Source: Candidatus Omnitrophota bacterium
Lineage (GTDB): Bacteria > Omnitrophota > Gorgyraeia > Zapsychrales > Fredricksoniimonadaceae
Reading direction: 5' to 3'
NCBI GenBank assembly: GCA_903944345.1
Contig: CAJARJ010000020.1
Location: 18,110 to 82,109, forward strand
Length of the DNA stretch: 64,000 bases
The first letter of the stretch is position 1; every line of letters starts with the position of its first letter. Positions 45,797 through 55,410 of the stretch are shown here, piece after piece. Position numbers and translations under genes: made by a program. A model generated the notes under the pieces. The model did not search any database. It was given only the letters and a program-made list of their open reading frames with translations, and was not told where the DNA came from.

Positions 45797-46774
45797 TTAA
45801 CGTCTGCGCTGCCATTCCGTCTCAAGAATACTGCGAAGATCATGCTCCGGCGTCCAGCCCAGCATTTCCCGGGCTTTCAGCGAAGATGCCACCAAAGTCT
45901 CGACATCTCCCGGCCGACGGGAGCCAAGCGTATGCGGAACCTGTCGCCCCGACACCTGTTGCGCCATCTTGATAACGTCCATAACCGAAAAACCGCAGCC
46001 ATTGCCCAGATTAAAAGTCTCGTTCTTAATCCCCCGGTCAAAAGCACGCAAGGCCAGCAAATGCGCCCGGCACAAGTCCTGAACATGAATAAAATCACGA
46101 ACCCCGGTACCATCCGGCGTCTGATAATCTGTTCCGCACACCGTCAGTTCACCGCCTCCCAAAAGAGCACGCATAGCGTTCGAAATAAGATGGGTCGGAA
46201 CCGGACGGCCCTTGGCCGGCCATGCCCTGCGGATATCCCAGCCAGCCACGTTAAAATAACGCAGTACAACAAAATCAAGCAACCCCGCCGCGGCGGAATC
46301 CCGCAAACATCGCTCAACCATGAGTTTGGACATGCCATAAGGATTCTGCGGATCAACCGGCGCCTGCTCGGCAACCGGCAAAACAGCAGGATTCCCGTAA
46401 ACCGCCGCCGTCGACGAGAAAACAATCCGGCGAACCCCGCACTCGGCCATAACTGACAAAAGATTCAACGTTCCCCCGACATTATTCCTGTAATAAAGCA
46501 AAGGACGGGAGACCGACTCGGGAACCACAATGCGGGCGGCAAAATGCATCACCGCAGAAAATTTCCACTTTTTAAAAACACGCAGACAATCCGTCGGGCG
46601 GCACAAATCGCCCTTGACAAACTCCGCTCCGCGCGGCAACCAGCCTCTGACTCCGGTCGAAAGATTGTCCATAATCACAACCGGATACCCCTCTTCCAGC
46701 AGCATTCCGGCCATATGCGAAGCAATGTATCCTGCCCCGCCCGTAACAAGTATTGGATTATTTTCTAGTTTCAT
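45797..46774 (-). CDS. galE: UDP-glucose 4-epimerase
   Basis: ILVTGGAGYIASH and YGMSKLMVE form the SDR YxxxK motif. The protein is of GalE length. Confidence 0.85.
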   Translation of the reverse strand: MKLENNPILVTGGAGYIASHMAGMLLEEGYPVVIMDNLSTGVRGWLPRGAEFVKGDLCRPTDCLRVFKKWKFSAVMHFAARIVVPESVSRPLLYYRNNVGGTLNLLSVMAECGVRRIVFSSTAAVYGNPAVLPVAEQAPVDPQNPYGMSKLMVERCLRDSAAAGLLDFVVLRYFNVAGWDIRRAWPAKGRPVPTHLISNAMRALLGGGELTVCGTDYQTPDGTGVRDFIHVQDLCRAHLLALRAFDRGIKNETFNLGNGCGFSVMDVIKMAQQVSGRQVPHTLGSRRPGDVETLVASSLKAREMLGWTPEHDLRSILETEWQRRR

Positions 46775-46841
46775 AGAACAAATCTAGCATAGAAAAGACT
46801 GATCAACCCGATTTTTTTAACCGTTTGCCCCTGCTGAAACA

Positions 46842-48536
46842 TCATTCAAACTGCCTTAAACGCAACCCGCTCTTGTGCAATACAAACTTGAACAGTGTTT
46901 TAAGAATATTAAGTCCGTAAACAACCGAAGGCCACAGTCTGATAGAAGAGGCTTCATCAAAATAACGAGTCCGAATCGGGACCTCCTCGAAACGCATGTA
47001 TTTAAGCACTCCCTGCACAATAATCTCCGTATCAAACACAAAACCGTCAGAATTGGACTCAAAATTGACGTTGGTAAGATACTTGCGGCTATAGGCACGA
47101 AACCCGGAATGGTACTCGGTCAAATAAATCCCCAACACGACATTTTCCAGCGCGGTCAGCAGGATATTGGCATTATATTTCCAGATCGGCATGCCTCCCC
47201 TCAAAGCCCCGCCCTTCATCATGCGTGAACCAAAAACCGCATCAGCCCGCCCGGCAAGGATAGGTTCGATCAACTGGGGAATTGCGGTTGGATCGTACTG
47301 ATAATCAGGATGAACCATAACCACCACATCCGCTCCGGCTTCCAGCGCCTTGCGATAACAGGTCTTCTGATTTCCGCCATACCCACGGTTGCGGTCATGC
47401 CTGATGACCCTGATGCCCAGCTGACGAGCAACCTCGGACGTATTATCCCGACTGGCATCATCGACCAGAATAATATCCTGAACAATATCTTTGGGAATAT
47501 CCCCATAAGTCACGGCAAGGGTCTTGGCCGCATTGTAAGCCGGCAAAACCACCGCCACCTTGTGCGACGAAGGCGCCTCCGTTTGCTCCGCCCCCTCCTC
47601 GATCTCTTTCAAATACTTGAGTTGACGGCTTTTGCGGGCAAAGGCCACAAGCTGATCTCCCAGGTCCAGACAAATGGCAAAACTGGCCAACCCCGGACGG
47701 TTCCGGACAAAATCCGATAAAGTCTTGAAAGCCGGCTTGTAAACTGCCAGATTCGAGAACCAGTAGCCCAGCGAAAAGGTGCGAGCATGTGAATGTGTGG
47801 CCAGAGAATGAAACCCGGTAGCTGCGAAGAGCTTGCCCAATGTGCGGCGGTTATAATAAAACAAATGCGCCCGCTTGATACCCCACCACCTGGCCTTGAG
47901 CATGCGGCTGACCGTGCTGTCAATGTCCGGCGTCGTGCAACAAAAAACCCCGTCCGGCTTGAGCGCCCGGCGAACGATATAAAGAACTGCCTTGGGATCA
48001 ACCAGATGTTCAATCACGTCCGTCATAACCACAGCGTCAAAAAAGTTGTTAGGAAACGTGCCTTCCTGAAGCACGCCCTGCACAACCCCGTGAAGGCCAA
48101 GAGTCTCCCGGGCATAGCGCACCGCCCACTGGGATAATTCAATCCCGTGAACTTCCCAGCCCAGGCGCCTGGCCTCATCCAGAAGAAACCCGGTGGCACA
48201 GCCTATATCCAACAGGCGTCCGCCTTTTTTATATTTCGCCAGCTGCCGCAGAATCAACCGGGCAGCCTGACGGCGCCCCGCTTCCTCGGCATTATACTGC
48301 TCGTCATTCATCTCCGCATAATCATCATGAATCAACTTGCGATCCAGGCGCGGATTAAGAAACGAAACGCCACAGCGACGACAAGAGACCACGCGTAACC
48401 CCTCTTCCACTTCATGGCCGGTAATCCGGTAGCCACCTGCGGGCTGAGCGGCGGCTTTGGCAGAAACAGCAGGTTCATAAACCACACGAAAACTATCACT
48501 GCCGCATAAATGACACTTGTCCAGATCATCCATCAT
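46842..48536 (-). CDS. Bifunctional zinc-ribbon class I methyltransferase / GT2 glycosyltransferase fusion
   Basis: The N-terminus has CHLCGS...CRRCG and LLDIGCATGFLL. The C-terminus has KVAVVLPAYNAAKTL...ILVDDASRDNT...NRGYGGNQK, which is a GT2 signature. Confidence 0.75.
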   Translation of the reverse strand: MMDDLDKCHLCGSDSFRVVYEPAVSAKAAAQPAGGYRITGHEVEEGLRVVSCRRCGVSFLNPRLDRKLIHDDYAEMNDEQYNAEEAGRRQAARLILRQLAKYKKGGRLLDIGCATGFLLDEARRLGWEVHGIELSQWAVRYARETLGLHGVVQGVLQEGTFPNNFFDAVVMTDVIEHLVDPKAVLYIVRRALKPDGVFCCTTPDIDSTVSRMLKARWWGIKRAHLFYYNRRTLGKLFAATGFHSLATHSHARTFSLGYWFSNLAVYKPAFKTLSDFVRNRPGLASFAICLDLGDQLVAFARKSRQLKYLKEIEEGAEQTEAPSSHKVAVVLPAYNAAKTLAVTYGDIPKDIVQDIILVDDASRDNTSEVARQLGIRVIRHDRNRGYGGNQKTCYRKALEAGADVVVMVHPDYQYDPTAIPQLIEPILAGRADAVFGSRMMKGGALRGGMPIWKYNANILLTALENVVLGIYLTEYHSGFRAYSRKYLTNVNFESNSDGFVFDTEIIVQGVLKYMRFEEVPIRTRYFDEASSIRLWPSVVYGLNILKTLFKFVLHKSGLRLRQFE

Positions 48537-50434
48537 GGATTACTTCTCCTTTGAACCCCGACTGCCTCCGGGGTGATAAAGATTGTACCTATCAACCCCA
48601 GTGTTTCTCGGACTCCCTCATCGTAAATCCCTACCCGCAGGCTAAACGGCTTTCCTGTCATCTCAACAGGAATAGTCAAATATCTATGCTCAACAACCAT
48701 CATTCCCGGCTTCCACTCTGTTGTCGGGAAAAGACGATAACAGGCGGGAAGAACCAACCCGGAAACTCTCTTCCCGTCTTTGTTCAAAAAAGCCAGCGAA
48801 AGCGACAAATCCCTTGAAACTTTTTCCAAGACCCGCCAAACCAGGCGCAAATAAAGCACATCCCCTCGATAATGATAGTCAATTTGATCAAGCGCCAACT
48901 TGCCATCAGAGAAAAATACATCCTGTTCACTCCCGGCCACCGTCCCCTGCCAGACCTCAAACAACCCCTGGGTAAATGAAGACGGAGAATCCTTTGCTCG
49001 ACTAAACAGAACCAGATTATCCCGCACAGCAACAGGCTCCAAAACATTATCTGCAAGAAACTTCCGCAATCGAAAGCTGCCATCCCTGTTATAAAAGGAA
49101 CCAAAAGTCAGGCCGTCGTTAATATTTAAAAGGGCATGGTCCACTGGCTCCGGAAGAAGATAGGCCTTGCTGGACAACGTGAAGTGCCCCGAATAAATAT
49201 GGTGAAAAGAATACAGACTTGGCCGATCGGAAAGTCTGGGCATAAACTCAAAAGTTGTTACCACAGCGCCTGTCGGCGGCAGAAGAGCCAGCATGCGCTC
49301 CATCAAGCAGCAGGCATCTTTCTGCAACAACAAGAATTTGGCGGACAACTCTCCGTACGGCCCCTCTATAGCAAAAAGCAGCACCGTCACCGATAACAAT
49401 ACCGGCAGGATCGCCCGTCGGCTGTTCTGGTTCATCAGACGACGCAAACCAAAAACAAGGGCAACAAAAATAAACGGTATCAACTCGGCCGTATAATGGA
49501 AGTAAAGATTGATCTCCTGCTGACGGTTAGACAAAAGATGCTGCAAGAACAAAGGCAATGACGGCAAAAAATGTAGAGGACCGAACCAGGGGATAAATGC
49601 GAGCGGCGCAAACAACTGATACAACCACCAGAGACGGGAAGACTCAGTCATATACCGCAAGACCTCCCACGGACGTGCCAGCACATTGGCAATAATCTGC
49701 CCGTGACTGTCTCCCAGATGAGAATAGATAGACACAAAATTAATGGTATCCGGATTAAGCGCTGGCACGACTATCCGGATATACCACAAAGCATAAACCG
49801 TCCCTGCAACAATAAGGGGAGACCACCACTGCCACCCGCGCCGGAGCGCCATCGCATAAAAGCCGAATGCCACCAGAACAAGTGACATGTTCTCCTGACA
49901 AAGCAAAACCAGCGCCATTGCCACAAGAAAACAACGAAAACGTTCCGTAAAGAAAAAATAAAACCCCCACATCAAAAAAAACGTGGCGAAAACCGTAAAA
50001 TGGAATTCATAAGCGTTTAAAAAGGCAACCGCAGGATACAGAAAATACGCTGCCGCTACCAAGAACCCCATCTTGGGAGTCAAAAAGCGCGCTGCTGTCA
50101 AATAAAGAGGCCATGCGGTCAGTCCAATCGCAAGAGTTTGCAAAGCAAGCAAAGTTAACGGATGTGGAACAAGTTTGTAAAGTAGCGCCACTGGGTACGC
50201 CAGAAAATGAGCATGGTGTCCGAGAAAGTCTACTCCCAATATGGAACTAAACCGGGTTCCACGATTAATATTGCGAATAATCTGATCATACGCCGCAAGA
50301 TCCATATCCTTGAAATCAAACGAAAAATACCGGACAACAGAAAGAGAAAAGAAATAAAGGATATAAACGGTTATCATCGTCCAGAGAAGGACAACCGGAT
50401 CAAACCCGAAGATTTTATTTTTGCTATTATCCAT
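48533..50434 (-). CDS. Polytopic membrane protein, DUF2079-like (putative GT-C glycosyltransferase)
   Basis: It has about 12 TM segments, an early loop motif DMDLAAYDQIIRNI and a large extracytoplasmic C-terminal domain. It has an ATGA overlap with the downstream MT-GT2 gene. Confidence 0.5.
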   Translation of the reverse strand: MDNSKNKIFGFDPVVLLWTMITVYILYFFSLSVVRYFSFDFKDMDLAAYDQIIRNINRGTRFSSILGVDFLGHHAHFLAYPVALLYKLVPHPLTLLALQTLAIGLTAWPLYLTAARFLTPKMGFLVAAAYFLYPAVAFLNAYEFHFTVFATFFLMWGFYFFFTERFRCFLVAMALVLLCQENMSLVLVAFGFYAMALRRGWQWWSPLIVAGTVYALWYIRIVVPALNPDTINFVSIYSHLGDSHGQIIANVLARPWEVLRYMTESSRLWWLYQLFAPLAFIPWFGPLHFLPSLPLFLQHLLSNRQQEINLYFHYTAELIPFIFVALVFGLRRLMNQNSRRAILPVLLSVTVLLFAIEGPYGELSAKFLLLQKDACCLMERMLALLPPTGAVVTTFEFMPRLSDRPSLYSFHHIYSGHFTLSSKAYLLPEPVDHALLNINDGLTFGSFYNRDGSFRLRKFLADNVLEPVAVRDNLVLFSRAKDSPSSFTQGLFEVWQGTVAGSEQDVFFSDGKLALDQIDYHYRGDVLYLRLVWRVLEKVSRDLSLSLAFLNKDGKRVSGLVLPACYRLFPTTEWKPGMMVVEHRYLTIPVEMTGKPFSLRVGIYDEGVRETLGLIGTIFITPEAVGVQRRSNP

Positions 50435-50449
50435 AAGGAACCCCTGGCG

Positions 50450-52285
50450 TCACTCCTTGTCCGAAACCTTATCCCCGGGAAGAACCACCGTAAACGTAGA
50501 CCCCTCTCCGGGCAGCGAGCGCACCAGGATGTCTCCTCCCTGCTTCTTCACGATCTCCAGACTGATACTCAGACCCAACCCCGTGCCTTGCCCAACGGGC
50601 TTGGTAGTAAAAAACGGGTCGAAAATCCTGCCCAGATCCTCGGCAGATATACCATTGCCGGTGTCCCGTATCTCTACATGCACATTATCTTCCAGCAAAA
50701 ACGTACGAATATAAATTATGCCTTTGTCTTTAATTGCCTGCCCCGCGTTAATCAGAAGATTGACAAACACCTGGGTTACTTTCTGTACATTACAGACCAC
50801 CAGCGGCGTCTGGGCATAGTCCAGAACAAGCTCTATCCGGTGGAGAAACGAATTACGGGTCAATGCCAGGGCATGATCAACCAAAGACTCCACCTTAACC
50901 GGCTCCTGGGTCTGATTGGCATCATCCCGGGCGAATGTGCGCAAATCCATAATAATCTTCTTGATCCGGTCAACCCCGTTACGGGACTGGGACAAAAGAT
51001 CTGTCACATCACCGCGTATAAATTCAATTCCCACGCTGCGCTGGAAGGCCCGCAAGTCATCAACGAAAGCGGATACCTGCTCTTTGCTGCCCTGCTGTGC
51101 CAGTTCTGCAAGCTGATCAGACTTCTCCAGAACACTTGTATATGCGGCGACATATTCCTTGAGCACTTCCAGGTTACTTCCGATAAACCCAATCGGATTG
51201 TTGATCTCATGAGCCACCCCCGCAGCCAGCTGACCGATGGCCACCAGCTTCTCGGAACGAACCAGCTTGTCCCTGGCATTACGCAAATCCTCCAGGGCCT
51301 TGAGCAGCTTGTCCTCATTGGCTTTCTGCCCGGAAATGTCCTTGAGAATATGCACTGCTCCGGAAAAACGCCCGTTCTCCATAATCGGCGCGACTGTCAC
51401 AACAAAAGGCGTGTTGCCTAAAGCGGTCATCTCCACTGAATGCGGCCTATTATCAGAACGCATCTGATCAAAAGGACAACGTTCGTGGCGCTGGACACCA
51501 TCATGCAAAAGATCACAACTCCTGCGACCACGCAAATCATCCAGGCCAAGACCAAAAGCGTCGCAAGCCGCCTTGTTGCAGCGCAGAATACGAGAATCGC
51601 CGTCAGTAACAAGAATCAGATCCGAAATGCTGTCGAAAGTCCGGCTCCATTCTGCTGCCGCTTGCTGTAACCGTTCCTGAGCCTGTCTGACTCCGGTCAG
51701 ATCACGAAAAAAAACAACAACAAATTTCCGTCCGGAAACACTCTTATGCAGGGTTCTTTTGATCAAAACCGGCCTGAGCCCGCCACCAGGCTCCGGCAAA
51801 AGCTCTTCCCCGACACTTTCCTGCCCGGTCAGCAACACCTGCTCATCCTTAATACGCCAGGATTCTGCCTGCTCGACCCCCAAGAGATTTCGTTCATTTT
51901 TTTGAACCAATTCTCCTGCCGAATAACCCATAAAATCACAAAAGACACGATTGAAATACACCCAGCGTAATTCATGATCCTTGACCAGAAAAGGATCCGG
52001 CAACGCGTCCAGAAGGGCCAAAGGAAGCTCTCCGTCGATCAGCCCCTCTCTTTTCTGCTCGACTCTCTCTGAAAAGAACCTCACTGGAATAAGCAGCGCC
52101 AGAAGAAAACCAGACACCAGAAGGAACCAAAAGACACGAACAAAATCCTGTCCCGAAGAAAGTACTGAAGAACCTGCGGAAGAAAAAACATTTAAAGCGG
52201 CACCCGCCAACAAAAGAAACCAAAGCGTGAAAGGAATATAAAACCGAAACAGAAAGGATCGAACTTTCGAACCAGACAGCATCAA
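50450..52285 (-). CDS. Membrane-bound PAS-domain sensor histidine kinase
   Basis: It has two N-terminal TM segments and PAS-like repeats. The H-box is AAGVAHEINNPIG, and N/G boxes are present (NLLINAGQA; DTGNGI; GTGLGLS). Confidence 0.85.
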   Translation of the reverse strand: MMLSGSKVRSFLFRFYIPFTLWFLLLAGAALNVFSSAGSSVLSSGQDFVRVFWFLLVSGFLLALLIPVRFFSERVEQKREGLIDGELPLALLDALPDPFLVKDHELRWVYFNRVFCDFMGYSAGELVQKNERNLLGVEQAESWRIKDEQVLLTGQESVGEELLPEPGGGLRPVLIKRTLHKSVSGRKFVVVFFRDLTGVRQAQERLQQAAAEWSRTFDSISDLILVTDGDSRILRCNKAACDAFGLGLDDLRGRRSCDLLHDGVQRHERCPFDQMRSDNRPHSVEMTALGNTPFVVTVAPIMENGRFSGAVHILKDISGQKANEDKLLKALEDLRNARDKLVRSEKLVAIGQLAAGVAHEINNPIGFIGSNLEVLKEYVAAYTSVLEKSDQLAELAQQGSKEQVSAFVDDLRAFQRSVGIEFIRGDVTDLLSQSRNGVDRIKKIIMDLRTFARDDANQTQEPVKVESLVDHALALTRNSFLHRIELVLDYAQTPLVVCNVQKVTQVFVNLLINAGQAIKDKGIIYIRTFLLEDNVHVEIRDTGNGISAEDLGRIFDPFFTTKPVGQGTGLGLSISLEIVKKQGGDILVRSLPGEGSTFTVVLPGDKVSDKE

Positions 52286-53076
52286 CCCTCGATCATGTTT
52301 TGCAAATCATTCAGAAACGTCATCTGATTGAAATGCCCCAGATGATGAGTCGCGCCCGCTGCCCTGCACTCGGCAATACGAACCTCCAGCGACCGACCGC
52401 CTTTATCCTCGGCATCAAGTCCGGCATCCGCGGACGTCACATACGTCACAAAAATCGTGTTCTTGAGCCGGGCAAAACATCTCATCGCGCCCAACATTTC
52501 ATTTGTCATAATGTCGCCTTCCATCATGACATCAATCAACAACAGATGAGGAACCATCAACAAAGCCTTGGAAACAATATCCAAAGGCGAACTGACAACC
52601 GTCGTCAAACAATCTTCTTTCTGCAACAAGGCCGCCTGCATCTGGGCATTAACATCCTTGTTGGTTCCACAAATCAGCACCTTGCGAAAAAGCCTCGACT
52701 TCTCCACAACATTGGAAACTTCCTCGATCTTGGCCAGGAGCAGTTCGACATCCGACATCTTGGGCACAAAATGATTTACCCCAAGCGACATAAAAGAATC
52801 CTGAAACATCTGTTTGTCGGTAGCAATAATAATCGGAATTTTCGCAGTAAGAGGGTTATCCTTGAGCGCAAGATACAAATCAACACCGTCCATCTCCGGC
52901 ATAACTACGTCAGTAACAAGCAAATCTACCGGCATCGAACCGATAATATTCAAAGCCTCCAGCCCGTTGGCCGCCGTCATAACGACATACCCGTTTTGTT
53001 CCAACTGTTTCTTGATCAAGAACGATGTCACACGATCATCTTCAGCCAGCAATATTCTCTTGATCTTCCCCTTCAT
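52282..53076 (-). CDS. Response regulator with an N-terminal CheY-like receiver, a second degenerate receiver-like domain and no recognisable output domain
   Basis: The receiver motifs are KRILLAEDD, DLLVTDVVMPEMDG and a conserved K. The start at the ATG at 53076 has a GGGAGG RBS. It has an ATGA overlap with the kinase gene. Confidence 0.75.
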   Translation of the reverse strand: MKGKIKRILLAEDDRVTSFLIKKQLEQNGYVVMTAANGLEALNIIGSMPVDLLVTDVVMPEMDGVDLYLALKDNPLTAKIPIIIATDKQMFQDSFMSLGVNHFVPKMSDVELLLAKIEEVSNVVEKSRLFRKVLICGTNKDVNAQMQAALLQKEDCLTTVVSSPLDIVSKALLMVPHLLLIDVMMEGDIMTNEMLGAMRCFARLKNTIFVTYVTSADAGLDAEDKGGRSLEVRIAECRAAGATHHLGHFNQMTFLNDLQNMIEG

Positions 53077-53238
53077 CTGCGCCTCCCTGTCCCCCGATGA
53101 ACTGCATAATACCGTAACTGAACCGGCAAACAACAACCTTGTTTATATCTTACCCTGAACTATCTGCGGAGTCAAACCGTGACTGGAATAATTAACAGCC
53201 ATCTCCCGCAAGGACAAAATGGGCCGGAACCGGAAAAT

Positions 53239-53270
53239 AAAAAAAAGCTCGCCGGAATCTCCGACGAGCT
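53239..53270 (-). terminator. Rho-independent terminator downstream of tRNA-Gln
   Basis: On the minus strand a 10-bp stem (GCTCGTCGGA / TCCGGCGAGC, one mismatch) with a 3-nt loop is followed by T8. Confidence 0.6.
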
Positions 53271-53298
53271 GATATAAACAGACCTGTGCTAGGAATTA

Positions 53299-53369
53299 CT
53301 GCCCCGCATGGATTCGAACCATGGCCCACGCCTCCAAAGGGCGGTGTGCTACCATTACACCACAGGGCA
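53299..53369 (-). tRNA. tRNA-Gln (anticodon UUG), with no encoded CCA
   Basis: I folded it by hand as TGCCCTG TG GTGT AATGGTA GCAC A CCGCC CTTTGGA GGCGT GGGC CATGG TTCGAAT CCATG CGGGGCA G. It has a 7-bp acceptor stem with the U1-A72 pair typical of bacterial tRNA-Gln, a TTCGAAT T-loop and anticodon TTG. Confidence 0.85.
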
Positions 53370-53393
53370 ATCAAATTGACACAACAAAAAAAC

Positions 53394-54254
53394 TTAAAAA
53401 GTGGAAACCGCAAATACCTGCGAATAGGAACCGCGAAACATGGACGCTATCCGCTCGGCCTCAGACTGATCCTTGACCAGGGCAAAGACCGAAGGCCCGC
53501 TACCTGAGAAACAGACTCCGCCGGATGCTGCCTTGTCCATACGGGAGAACAGCGACGACAACTCCGGACGCAAATACCGGATTGGCTTCTCCAGATCATT
53601 AAAGAGCTGCTGGCGCGCCAAAGAAATATTGTTTTTCCGCAAAGAACTGACGAGCATGGTAACAGCGGAACTTTCCTTTGTCAACGAAGCATCCCATGCC
53701 GCATAAACATCTTTGGTCAACAAAGGCGCCTTGGGCGTAACCAGCACATGCCAGAACTTGTGCCGGACAGAAAAAGAGCGAATTTTTTCTCCCCGCCCCG
53801 TCCCCAGTCCAAAAGGCGTCTCATATAAAAAAAAAGCCACATCACTGCCCAACTTGCGGGCCATAGCCAGAAGCTGCGGACGTGACAAGCCGAGTTTCCA
53901 GAAAACATTGAGCCCCGACAAAGCCGCTGCCGCGTTGGAAGACCCTCCGGCCAAACCTGCCGCCACCGGTATTCTTTTTGTCAGAACAAAACGCACACCG
54001 TAATTAACACGGCAGCATTCGCGAACCAACGCCGCCGCCCTGAAAATCAGATTACTCCCGTCGACAGGAACCCCGGGATGATCACATTCAATTACAGTCT
54101 GACCTTCAGACGCCGCGCTCAAAGCCAGGTCATCATGCAAACTTATCCGTTCGAAAAGAGTCTCCAGTTCGTGAAAACCATCCGGCCGCTTGCCAATAAT
54201 GCGTAAAGCCAGATTAAGTTTCGCGTAGGAAGCAATGACCAATGGTGATGACAT
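53394..54254 (-). CDS. ispE: 4-diphosphocytidyl-2-C-methyl-D-erythritol kinase
   Basis: YAKLNLALRIIGKRPDGFHELETLF and KRIPVAAGLAGGSSNAAA are GHMP kinase motifs. Confidence 0.9.
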   Translation of the reverse strand: MSSPLVIASYAKLNLALRIIGKRPDGFHELETLFERISLHDDLALSAASEGQTVIECDHPGVPVDGSNLIFRAAALVRECCRVNYGVRFVLTKRIPVAAGLAGGSSNAAAALSGLNVFWKLGLSRPQLLAMARKLGSDVAFFLYETPFGLGTGRGEKIRSFSVRHKFWHVLVTPKAPLLTKDVYAAWDASLTKESSAVTMLVSSLRKNNISLARQQLFNDLEKPIRYLRPELSSLFSRMDKAASGGVCFSGSGPSVFALVKDQSEAERIASMFRGSYSQVFAVSTF

Positions 54255-55261
54255 CAGGGGCTATCCTGCCGGGCAGGAACCAGCTCCTGCAATTTTTTAA
54301 TAAGCACATCTTGTCCGGGCTCGAGTAAGATCGAGGTCTCCCACGCTTTACGCGCCATATCCGTCTGACCAATTTTCAAATACACATCCCCCAGATGCTC
54401 CAGGATAACCGGATCCTGTTCAATAACGGACGCAGCAGTCAGATGCCGCAACGCCTCTTTATAATCACCTTTTTTATAATAAGCCCAGCCAAGGCTATCC
54501 ATGTAAGCGGCGTTTTTAGGCTCCAGAGACAACGCTTTTTCAATAAAGCTTACTGCTTCATCCAATTGCTGTCCTGCCTCGACCTGGGCGTAACCCAGAG
54601 CATTGAGGCAATCAGCATGCAAAGGATCTGTATTGATACATCCTCTAAAGACCCCGAGCGCCTCGTCCCGACGCCCCGCCTCGATATACAATTCGCCCAA
54701 AGCATACGCCAGATCAAGATTTTCGGGCTCCAGCTGCCAAGCTTTCTCAAACTGCTCAAGAGCGCGCAACGTTTCTCCGCGGGAGTAATAAAGCTGACCT
54801 AAAAAAACATGAACATCCGGCTTGCCCACTGCAGAGCCTGCCAGTTGTTTAAAAAGTATTTCATATTCCCGTGAAGCCTGATCGTATTCTTTTCGGGCGG
54901 AATAAATTAAAGCCAACAAATAATGCGGCTCAGACTCCTCCGGGGCCATCTGCACCGACAATGAGAGTTCCTGGACAGCGCGCTCAATGTTTCCAAGACG
55001 CAGAAAAGCCGCCCCCAGGCGGAAATGCGAGGCATAAACAGAAGAATCCACTCCGACCGCGGATTGGTATTCCCGAACAGCTTGAGCCGTCTGACCAAGC
55101 AAATCGTGCGAGAAAGCAGTCATGAAATGGGCAACTGCCCGGACTTTTTCAGATGGAATCGCAGCTGCCCGAGATTTTGCGGCCTGTGCCGTGCCCAAAA
55201 ACAGGAACAAGAAACAAAGCCCAGCACAAGCACCAGTTCTATAAACCGCGCTCTGTCGCAT
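54254..55261 (-). CDS. Secreted TPR-repeat protein
   Basis: It has a signal peptide (LCFLFLFLGTAQA). Repeated TPR units follow (ALGYAQVEAGQQLDEAVSFIEKALSLEPKNA and others). Confidence 0.75.
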   Translation of the reverse strand: MRQSAVYRTGACAGLCFLFLFLGTAQAAKSRAAAIPSEKVRAVAHFMTAFSHDLLGQTAQAVREYQSAVGVDSSVYASHFRLGAAFLRLGNIERAVQELSLSVQMAPEESEPHYLLALIYSARKEYDQASREYEILFKQLAGSAVGKPDVHVFLGQLYYSRGETLRALEQFEKAWQLEPENLDLAYALGELYIEAGRRDEALGVFRGCINTDPLHADCLNALGYAQVEAGQQLDEAVSFIEKALSLEPKNAAYMDSLGWAYYKKGDYKEALRHLTAASVIEQDPVILEHLGDVYLKIGQTDMARKAWETSILLEPGQDVLIKKLQELVPARQDSP

Positions 55262-55290
55262 CTTATTGTCTCCCGTTACTGTTGCCGGGT

Positions 55291-55392
55291 CTAGCGGGTC
55301 TCGCGCTTCTTGAGGTGACGCAGGGACTTGCGCAGCTTCTTGCGCTTGTGAGTCTTGATTTTTCTTAATTTACGTTTTCTTCCGCAAGGCAT
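55291..55392 (-). CDS. 33-aa highly basic protein, AURKAIP1/COX24-like (bS22-type small ribosomal protein candidate)
   Basis: It is not in the ORF track because it is too short. My translation is MPCGRKRKLRKIKTHKRKKLRKSLRHLKKRETR. The K-T-H-K-R-K-K-L-R-K core resembles the KHKxRK motif of bS22-like peptides. Confidence 0.5.
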   Translation of the reverse strand: MPCGRKRKLRKIKTHKRKKLRKSLRHLKKRETR

Positions 55393-55410
55393 AATGACTT
55401 CCTCTGGTTA

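Noticed and set aside
53299-53369. tRNA-Gln as an integration site for the Tra/Pil island.
   Set aside because: It lies 11 kb from the island, with ordinary genes between them. No integrase or partial tRNA duplication is seen.
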